Of a stretch of 64,000 nucleotides of DNA, positions 57,180-64,000 are shown piece after piece. Made by a program: the position numbers and the translations under genes. The first letter of the stretch is position 1; every line of letters begins with the position of its first letter. This DNA comes from Roseiflexaceae bacterium (lineage in GTDB: Bacteria > Chloroflexota > Chloroflexia > Chloroflexales > Roseiflexaceae): NCBI GenBank assembly GCA_046303375.1, contig JBKCGB010000071.1:3919-67918 (forward strand), read 5' to 3'. A model generated the notes under the pieces. It saw only the letters and a program-made list of their open reading frames with translations. It searched no databases and had not been told where the DNA came from.

Positions 57180-58331
57180 TTAGACACGGAGCGCCGCTGA
57201 TTTGGCAATCACTTCGGCATGCAAAAATCGCTGAATGATGGGTGTTTGCGCAAGATACTCCAACAAAAATGCATCGTGACCAGCCGTAGAGTGCAACTCA
57301 GCAATTTCCACGTTACCCCCATTTGCACGCACAGCATCAGCTATTTTTAACGATTCACTCGTAGGGTACAACCAATCTGAGTCAAACGAAAGAATACAGG
57401 TAGGTTTGTGCCATCGACTCAACGCGGCCTGCAAGGATGGAAATCCTTGCGTGATATCCCAATAATCCATGGCTTTGGTGATATAGAGATAGCTATTGGC
57501 ATCAAAGCGTTCGTTGAATCGGTGCGCTTGATGTGCCAGGTACGCATCAATTTCAAACTCTGGCGCCAACGAATATGCGGGTTGGGTGGTAGTACCATAT
57601 CGTTGACCGAACCGGTGCTGCAACGAAGCATCACTGAGGTAGGTGATATGACCAATCATGCGTGCAACAGCTAATCCGTCACACGGTGGATCAGCCACGT
57701 CGTAGTAGCCATTGCACCATTTCGGATCACGCATAATCGCTTGACGACCAATTACGTTCCACGCCACTGCTTGTGCTTGATGGCTGGCACTCGTTGCTAA
57801 TAGAATCGCACGATTGAGTCGAGAGGGATGCTGAGCCATCCATTCGATTGCCTGAAATCCCCCCATCGACCCACCTGCCACTGCATGGAGTTCTGCAATT
57901 CCAAGCATGTCGATGAGACGCACTTGTGCCATCACCATGTCACGTATAGTCACCACAGGGAAGTCTGCTGCGTAACGCCTTCCCGTCAATGGATTCAACG
58001 TCAACGGCCCACTGCTGCCCTTGCATCCACCCAACACATTGCTACAAATCACAAAGTACTTGTCCGTGTCGAATGCACGTCCCGGACCAACCATGGTATC
58101 CCACCAGCCTGGTTTACGATCATGTACGCTATGGTAGCCGGCAGCATGCGCATCACCAGAAAGTGCGTGCAACAACAGAATGGCGTTATCTCGTGCATCG
58201 TTGAGCGTACCGTATGTTTCATACGCAAGCGTCACTTCTGGCAAGATATCACCCGAACTCAGGCGCAATGGTTCATTGCTCGTAAAGTACTGTGTATGCA
58301 CTATTCCTACACCGTGTTGGTTCATACGCAT
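57180..58331 (-). CDS. metX: homoserine O-acetyltransferase
   Basis: The sequence runs LRLSSGDILPEVTLAYETYGTLN ... ILLLHALSGDAH, with the nucleophile elbow GGSMGG. It lies downstream of metY. Confidence 0.92.
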   Translation of the reverse strand: MRMNQHGVGIVHTQYFTSNEPLRLSSGDILPEVTLAYETYGTLNDARDNAILLLHALSGDAHAAGYHSVHDRKPGWWDTMVGPGRAFDTDKYFVICSNVLGGCKGSSGPLTLNPLTGRRYAADFPVVTIRDMVMAQVRLIDMLGIAELHAVAGGSMGGFQAIEWMAQHPSRLNRAILLATSASHQAQAVAWNVIGRQAIMRDPKWCNGYYDVADPPCDGLAVARMIGHITYLSDASLQHRFGQRYGTTTQPAYSLAPEFEIDAYLAHQAHRFNERFDANSYLYITKAMDYWDITQGFPSLQAALSRWHKPTCILSFDSDWLYPTSESLKIADAVRANGGNVEIAELHSTAGHDAFLLEYLAQTPIIQRFLHAEVIAKSAALRV

Positions 58332-58354
58332 GCCACCTTTGCTACAGTCCTTTG

Positions 58355-59638
58355 CTAGATACTGGCAAGTGCCTGATCAATGTCTGCCAAAATATCACTC
58401 AAGGTTTCAATACCGATCGACAAGCGCACAAAATCCTCACTCACTCCGGTCAGTGTGAGCTCATCTGCAGTCAATTGGCTATGCGTGGTTGATGCAGGGT
58501 GAATCGCCAAACTGCGCGCATCGCCGATATTTGCCACATGCGAAAAGAGTTTCAAGCGATTGATGAATTGCGTACCAGCCGCACGGCCACCTTTGACACC
58601 AAAACCCAAAATGCCACTCTGTCCTTTGGGCATGTACTTTTGTGCCAGATGATAGCTCGGATGGTCGGCTAGACCGGGGTAGCGCACCCAGGCTACTTTG
58701 GGGTGGTTCTGCAGGTGCTTGGCAACAGCAAGTGCATTGCTACTGTGGCGCTCCATACGCAAGCCAAGTGTTTCGATGCCTTGCAACAACAAAAATGCAT
58801 TGAATGGACTCAAGCAGGCACCCATATCACGCAACCCCTGCACACGTGCTTTGAGGATGTATGCAGGGGCACCGAGATCAGCATAGACCAGTCCATGGTA
58901 CGAGGCATCAGGTGTAGTCATTTCAGGAAAGCGTGCACTACGCCAGTTAAATTTGCCGCCATCAACCAGAATGCCACCAATCGAAGTCCCGTGCCCACCC
59001 ATGTATTTGGTGACTGAGTGAACGATTAAATCTGCACCCCATTCGAACGGTCGGCACAAATACGGGGTAGCAGTAGTGGCATCAACCATCACGGGCACCC
59101 CATGCTCATGTGCAATGGCGGCGATGGTTTCGAGATCAACAATATCAAGGCGCGGATTCCCAACCAACTCGAGATACACGAGTTTGGTACGACTATCGAT
59201 TGCCTTACGAAATCCCTCGTGGTCTCGTGCATCTACAAATTTGGTAGTAACACCATATTTGGGCAATGTGTGCCGAAACAAATTGTACGTCCCACCATAC
59301 AAGTCACTCGATGAAATGATATTGTCACCGACACTTGCAATGTTGAGTACACCCAACGTCTGTGCGGCCTGCCCTGATGCCAGTGCAAGTGCTCCCACGC
59401 CCCCTTCGAGCGCTGCAATGCGCTGCTCCAGTACGTCGGTGGTTGGATTCATCAACCGGGTGTAGATGTTACCGAATTCTTGCAAACCAAAAAGGCGTGC
59501 CGCATGGTCGGTGTCTTTGAACTGATAGGACGTGGTCTGGTAAATTGGCACCGCACGTGATCCCGTGGTGGGGTCAGGGGTTTGGCCAGCATGCAGGGCT
59601 TTGGTCTCGAAGCCGTGAAATTCAGATGCTTGTGTCAT
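58355..59638 (-). CDS. metY: O-acetylhomoserine sulfhydrylase (aminocarboxypropyltransferase)
   Basis: It starts [10 protein letters not shown] and has the PLP-lysine motif [11 protein letters not shown]. It is 427 aa. Confidence 0.92.
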   Translation of the reverse strand: MTQASEFHGFETKALHAGQTPDPTTGSRAVPIYQTTSYQFKDTDHAARLFGLQEFGNIYTRLMNPTTDVLEQRIAALEGGVGALALASGQAAQTLGVLNIASVGDNIISSSDLYGGTYNLFRHTLPKYGVTTKFVDARDHEGFRKAIDSRTKLVYLELVGNPRLDIVDLETIAAIAHEHGVPVMVDATTATPYLCRPFEWGADLIVHSVTKYMGGHGTSIGGILVDGGKFNWRSARFPEMTTPDASYHGLVYADLGAPAYILKARVQGLRDMGACLSPFNAFLLLQGIETLGLRMERHSSNALAVAKHLQNHPKVAWVRYPGLADHPSYHLAQKYMPKGQSGILGFGVKGGRAAGTQFINRLKLFSHVANIGDARSLAIHPASTTHSQLTADELTLTGVSEDFVRLSIGIETLSDILADIDQALASI

Positions 59639-59656
59639 TGAAATACCTCAACGTAT

Positions 59657-59686
59657 AAAAAAGACTCTTGTCTGTAGACAAGAGCT
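59657..59686 (-). terminator. expression-platform terminator of the SAM-I riboswitch
   Basis: The minus-strand RNA reads CUCUUGUC-UACA-GACAAGAG followed by UCUUUUUU. It lies 18 nt upstream of the metY ATG. Confidence 0.8.
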
Positions 59687-59732
59687 TCAATCGTGGGTAC
59701 TTCCAACTACAGTGCAATATAGTCAGCACGAG

Positions 59733-59876
<144 letters not shown>

Positions 59877-59897
59877 CGCCTATTCAATTGTGCGTTT

Positions 59898-59926
59898 AGT
59901 ATAGAGTACTCAATATGGGTTGTCAA
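59898..59926 (-). promoter_or_regulatory. near-consensus sigma-70 promoter TTGACA-N17-TATACT driving the riboswitch-metYX transcript
   Basis: On the minus strand the -35 TTGACA lies at 59926-59921 and the -10 TATACT at 59903-59898. The predicted transcription start is ~15 nt upstream of the riboswitch P1 helix. Confidence 0.65.
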
Positions 59927-59968
59927 GTAATGGTAGAATATCGCAGACAACCAGCAAAGGTGGATGCG

Positions 59969-62900
59969 ATGAGCGGTATCTCAGAATTGCATGATATACG
60001 AATTCGTGAGCGCATGACGTTTAAGGCGCCGTGGTATGCGTTGCAAATCAACGCTACGGGGGTGATTACCTTTGCAAATCAGCTAATCGTAGACCTTGTA
60101 CGGCTGCCCATTTCGCAAATTGTGGGCACCTCTGTGGCACAGCTCATCGTGGTGACGCACAATCCTGAGTGGAACGCCCAACTCCTACAGCTAAATGCAC
60201 ACAACCCGACACTCGAATTGCGAGAACAAATATATCTCCAACACGTACATGTCACAATGCATGTCCGTTTACATGCCGAATATATTGTCAACACCGACGA
60301 TATTTTACTGGTCTTTGAACCTATTTCAAGTCAATCGAAAGCAGAGAAATACACATCACTAATCAGGCAATTTTTCTATGACGTCACAGAATGTCGCAAC
60401 TTGGACACCTTGTTCATGCTACTCCACCATGCAATGAGTCCGTTATCAATTGGAGTATTTTGCGCGCTAACACAACCAATCACTGGTCTAAAGAATTTCC
60501 ACAATCAACATGAAAATGAATCACTGAATTTGTGGATATTTGGCAAAAGTGTGCCTGCTTCCACTATTGCAAATATTGATTCGCTTATGTCAATTTTACA
60601 CATCGACACTCCAGTCCACCACAGCATTACATCACCGATTGTACTGCAACAACTCGCCCCCCATATGGCAACTCATTTTGAGGATCGCATGCAACAGGCA
60701 GGCATTCGCCGACTGTTTGTGGTAAGCCTTAAATCGGGGAATCGCTCTATCGGTGTGCTCGGTCTGTTTAGTGCGTTTGATGACAGCATCGAGTGTATTG
60801 ATGGTGCCCATATCAACAATCTGCAAATCACGATTGCACAACTATTTACACGCGCGCAGCTCGAAACCCAAATTACCCGACTTGAGCGGCTAAACCATGA
60901 GCTACGGATTATTTCGCAAACCCAAAACAGCGATTTACTGTTGCAACATGCGTGTCTCGCACTACAACGCATTTTTGATGATGCAGAAGTGTGTATTGCA
61001 CAGGTGCAAGACACAGCCGCAACACTCACCGTGATTGCTGCGCCAACTACACCAAACGTAGGCGAACAGTTCCCTGCAGCAGGATTTGCACTGCATATTC
61101 CACAACGATTCACAGATGTGAACACCAACAAAGACCCGTGGATGGTAGCGCTTTCACGTGTATGGAAGTGCACTGTACTCATCACCGTACCGATTCAGAT
61201 TGATCCTCATCAATCGCATGTGATTATCATTGCACATCAACACAATGATATTTTGAGCAAACAAGATGTGACCTATGCGACGCAGTTTGCAGAGTTTGTG
61301 GTGGCGCACTATGCGCAGTTGCAATTGACTGCTGCGCTGAATGCATCTGAGCGGCGGTACCGATTTCTCATGAACGAAGCAGCAAATCCCATGGTCGTAG
61401 TAGATGAGCAAAGTCTGATTGTGCATATGAATCATGCATCACGGCGGCTCATTGGCGTAGAACAACCGCAACACTACACGCTAATGCAACTGTTTGCACC
61501 ACACCTGCAACATGAATGGCACACCAAACGCAGTCACCTTATACACAGTGACAATTACAAACTTACCTGGCAAAGTGAATTAGTGCATCAACTCAACGAA
61601 ACAATCATTCCTGTCGAAATTGAAGCGCGAATTATTTCACATGAGAATAATTCGCACGAGATTTTTCTTTCGATGCGTGATATTCGCCAGCAACGTGAAA
61701 TGGAACGTCGTCAGATGCTCCGTGAACAAGATTTGGCCATGTTTCAACATATCACATCGATTGTAAACAGCTCGCTTGATCTCGATATCCTTCTCGAGCG
61801 GACGCTGGATATTTTTGACGAAATCCAATTCGGTCACATGCTCGGTATCATTTTGATTGATGAGCATAATACGCCATATGTAGCCAAGTATCGCCATGTG
61901 GAGCCCGCACTGCTTGCACGTATTCAACAAGACCCAAGCATTGTCCGCATTGCAGTTGACCTGGTGCTGAGCAACTATGATTCACAAATGTCTCTCTACA
62001 ACACGTCAGTCAATAATATCCTTGCAAGTGATTTAATCAATCAGTTCGGCAATTTAATCGGTGCAGCACTAAGCGACAATGGCCATCATATTGGCATTAT
62101 TTTAACTGCCCGACCATTTAATACGAGTACACCGTTTTCACCACGTGACATCCAAATACTCCACACCGTGGCAAATCAACTGTCACGCGCAATTACCAAT
62201 GCGCGGTTGCATTTGTCGCTCCAACAGGCAGCAGATCGTTACATTATGCTCTACGAAGATACCGAAGAGATACGCTCTCATTTATCGTCAGTGATTGAAA
62301 ACTCGCCTGATGTACTGATACTCTGCAATCGTCACACTCAGCGCATGAATGTCTTGAATCGCCGCCAAGCAACAAATCTCGGGTATGATATAAGCTCGTT
62401 ACAAAATCAGCCAATTACCGTATTGTGCGAGCCTGAGATGCTGCTGCAATTCATGCCACATATTGCATTGATGCTAGAGCAACCATCATACAGCTTTGAG
62501 TATACGTTACGACGTGGTGATACCACACCCTTTACTGCACTCTTTTCAAGTAATACGGTTAACAAAATGGATGTGCTAATCACCATTAAAGATATCACAC
62601 CAATGCGACAACTCGAAGATCGCATCAAGCAACGAGAGAAATTAGCTGCACTTGGGCAAATGATTGCTGGTGTGGCGCACGAGCTGAACAATCCAATAGC
62701 AGTTATTCGCGGCATCACCCAACTACAACTGATGAATCCACATGACGATCAGCTCACCCACGATTTGCATGTCATCGATCAAACATCACAGCGTGCTGGT
62801 CGCATACTCAAGCAGCTACGCTCACTCGCACAACCACAATCGAATCCAGTGGATGCAGTAAATTTACAACAGCTGATTCCACACATTGCAAGTCAATACC

Positions 62901-63646
62901 AACAGATTTTCATCGAACAACAGATTCGGTTTACCTTTCATCACGATGCTGAAGCTTCTTACATCGTGCTCGGTCAAGAAGCGCAAATCGAGCAGGTCTT
63001 TGTCAACCTCATCGATAATGCGATTCACGCCATGCAATCGGTCACCAATCAGCGCTCTCTAACAGTCAGTTTGACACAGAACGATTTCGTAGTGACTATT
63101 ACCGTTGATGACACTGGCTCTGGTATCAACAAAGATGTACGAGATCGTATTTTCGACCCGTTCTATACGACACGCAAAATTGGCGAAGGACTCGGTCTTG
63201 GATTAGCAATCGTCCATACTATCATAATTCAACACCATGGCTCTATTATGTTTCAGCCCCGTGCACCATTCGGCACTCGCTTCATCATTGAAATCCCAAC
63301 TATTCATTCACCACGCATTCGTGTGGCCAAACAAACCCGCATGAGTGAATTTTATGTCACACTCTCTACCATATTTCGCGAACTCACAATGATGCCAATT
63401 ATTGAGGTTGAAAGCCCAGTCGAAGCACATGACATCATTTTCATAGATGAATCACAATTAGGTACTGTTCCTATCGATACCACACATACTTTGATTTGTG
63501 TCATCGGCACAACGCAACACACCACGTTAATCGACATCGCACCTAACGTGGTACGAGTGTCACCTACTATGAGTGAAGCACAATTAAAGCAACAGATTCA
63601 TGCACTCATCGAGTTATTGATGCGCCATAGCAATACAAAGGAATAA
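59969..63646 (+). CDS. large multi-sensor histidine kinase (alternating PAS and GAF modules, HisKA, HATPase_c, C-terminal receiver-like tail)
   Basis: The start is moved to ATG 59969 (AAGGTGGA lies 4 nt upstream), because the ORF-track ATG 59915 sits inside the divergent metY promoter. The H-box is GVAHELNNPIAVI, and the ATPase boxes are NLIDNAIHAM, DDTGSGI and GLGLGLAI. A ~120-aa tail follows (IIEVESPVEAHDIIFIDES). Confidence 0.85.
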   Translation: MSGISELHDIRIRERMTFKAPWYALQINATGVITFANQLIVDLVRLPISQIVGTSVAQLIVVTHNPEWNAQLLQLNAHNPTLELREQIYLQHVHVTMHVRLHAEYIVNTDDILLVFEPISSQSKAEKYTSLIRQFFYDVTECRNLDTLFMLLHHAMSPLSIGVFCALTQPITGLKNFHNQHENESLNLWIFGKSVPASTIANIDSLMSILHIDTPVHHSITSPIVLQQLAPHMATHFEDRMQQAGIRRLFVVSLKSGNRSIGVLGLFSAFDDSIECIDGAHINNLQITIAQLFTRAQLETQITRLERLNHELRIISQTQNSDLLLQHACLALQRIFDDAEVCIAQVQDTAATLTVIAAPTTPNVGEQFPAAGFALHIPQRFTDVNTNKDPWMVALSRVWKCTVLITVPIQIDPHQSHVIIIAHQHNDILSKQDVTYATQFAEFVVAHYAQLQLTAALNASERRYRFLMNEAANPMVVVDEQSLIVHMNHASRRLIGVEQPQHYTLMQLFAPHLQHEWHTKRSHLIHSDNYKLTWQSELVHQLNETIIPVEIEARIISHENNSHEIFLSMRDIRQQREMERRQMLREQDLAMFQHITSIVNSSLDLDILLERTLDIFDEIQFGHMLGIILIDEHNTPYVAKYRHVEPALLARIQQDPSIVRIAVDLVLSNYDSQMSLYNTSVNNILASDLINQFGNLIGAALSDNGHHIGIILTARPFNTSTPFSPRDIQILHTVANQLSRAITNARLHLSLQQAADRYIMLYEDTEEIRSHLSSVIENSPDVLILCNRHTQRMNVLNRRQATNLGYDISSLQNQPITVLCEPEMLLQFMPHIALMLEQPSYSFEYTLRRGDTTPFTALFSSNTVNKMDVLITIKDITPMRQLEDRIKQREKLAALGQMIAGVAHELNNPIAVIRGITQLQLMNPHDDQLTHDLHVIDQTSQRAGRILKQLRSLAQPQSNPVDAVNLQQLIPHIASQYQQIFIEQQIRFTFHHDAEASYIVLGQEAQIEQVFVNLIDNAIHAMQSVTNQRSLTVSLTQNDFVVTITVDDTGSGINKDVRDRIFDPFYTTRKIGEGLGLGLAIVHTIIIQHHGSIMFQPRAPFGTRFIIEIPTIHSPRIRVAKQTRMSEFYVTLSTIFRELTMMPIIEVESPVEAHDIIFIDESQLGTVPIDTTHTLICVIGTTQHTTLIDIAPNVVRVSPTMSEAQLKQQIHALIELLMRHSNTKE

Positions 63647-63650
63647 TCAG

Positions 63651-64000
63651 ATGCACATTTCTTTCCAAGAGAAGCCAGCAATTCGTCTACACGAAGACGA
63701 CAACGTCGCAATTGCGCTCGTACCGCTGAGTAGTGGTCGACGCCTCTTTGATGTAGTGACAACAAGTGCAATCGGTGCTGGACACAAACTTGCACTCCAC
63801 GATATTGCACGCGGTCAACCGATTCGGCGCTACGGCCAAATTATCGGATTTGCCACCCAACAAATCCAAGCTGGTGATCATGTCCATAGCCACAACTTGA
63901 GCGTGGGCAGTATGCAGCTCGACTATGCAGTTTCAAGCAACATACGTGAATTCACGCCGACTGCTCACAGCCGCACCTTTCAGGGGTATCTGCGGGCAAA
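63651..64000 (+). CDS. UxaA/GarD-family sugar-acid dehydratase (altronate or galactarate dehydratase-like), N-terminal SAF domain; truncated by the window end
   Basis: Hand translation from ATG 63651 gives MHISFQEKPAIRLHEDDNVAIALVPLSSGRR...IGAGHKLALHDIARGQPIRRYGQIIGFATQQIQAGDHVHSHNL. This is the SAF-domain pattern of the UxaA family. The frame is open to nt 64000. Confidence 0.7.
   Translation, partial: MHISFQEKPAIRLHEDDNVAIALVPLSSGRRLFDVVTTSAIGAGHKLALHDIARGQPIRRYGQIIGFATQQIQAGDHVHSHNLSVGSMQLDYAVSSNIREFTPTAHSRTFQGYLRA

Noticed and set aside
59915-59968. Upstream ATG start of the large kinase ORF
   Set aside because: It overlaps the near-consensus divergent metY promoter. ATG 59969 has an AAGGTGGA RBS and a plausible extended -10 element upstream.
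60673-61185. 170-aa minus-strand ORF within the large histidine kinase gene
   Set aside because: It is an antisense shadow, and the plus frame carries GAF/PAS-like sequence throughout.

Overview
This is a 64-kb chromosomal window with about 50 protein-coding genes and little non-coding space. I saw no rRNA, tRNA, CRISPR array, transposase, integrase or phage gene. All calls come from reading the supplied ORF translations and the nucleotide sequence by eye; no searches or computations were run.

The backbone is housekeeping metabolism:
- murA, hisIE, purH and a GAF-PAS histidine kinase with an OmpR-type regulator
- aspartate kinase with metF
- metY-metX behind a clear SAM-I riboswitch
- citrate synthase, trpA, pgsA, fadD and rsgA

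Gene content and style (many GT-C glycosyltransferases, giant beta-rich surface protein, multi-GAF/PAS kinases, roughly 50% GC) are compatible with a Chloroflexota-like filamentous bacterium. That placement is only a guess.

The accessory loci I think deserve a second look:
1. A minus-strand operon (15.4-20.3 kb) opens with a 1013-aa three-domain fusion: APH-like kinase, M23 peptidase fold and a phospho-lyase-like class-III PLP enzyme. An aldo/keto reductase and a PhyH-type dioxygenase follow it. A FAD oxidase and an orphan ABC permease pair lie divergent from it, and one of those permeases carries a C-terminal beta-propeller-like ectodomain.
2. A lone gene of about 2250 codons (31.3-38.0 kb) encodes a secreted protein with FN3-like modules at the N-terminus and about 1500 aa I cannot assign.
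3. Directly downstream sits a 17-codon mini-ORF with a consensus Shine-Dalgarno sequence and tandem intrinsic terminators. It lies just upstream of rsgA and four consecutive GNAT acetyltransferases, three of which are tandem Eis-like paralogs. This could be a leader/attenuator for a ribosome-linked acetyltransferase operon.
4. A copper-handling operon (SCO1, PCuAC) includes two uncharacterised small proteins and an ankyrin-repeat protein.
5. A translationally coupled GT-C / GT4 / GT-C glycosylation operon.
6. A motif-permuted orphan DPPY methyltransferase lies head-to-head with a GT4 gene.

Several ORF-track starts are revised on RBS, promoter or terminator evidence.
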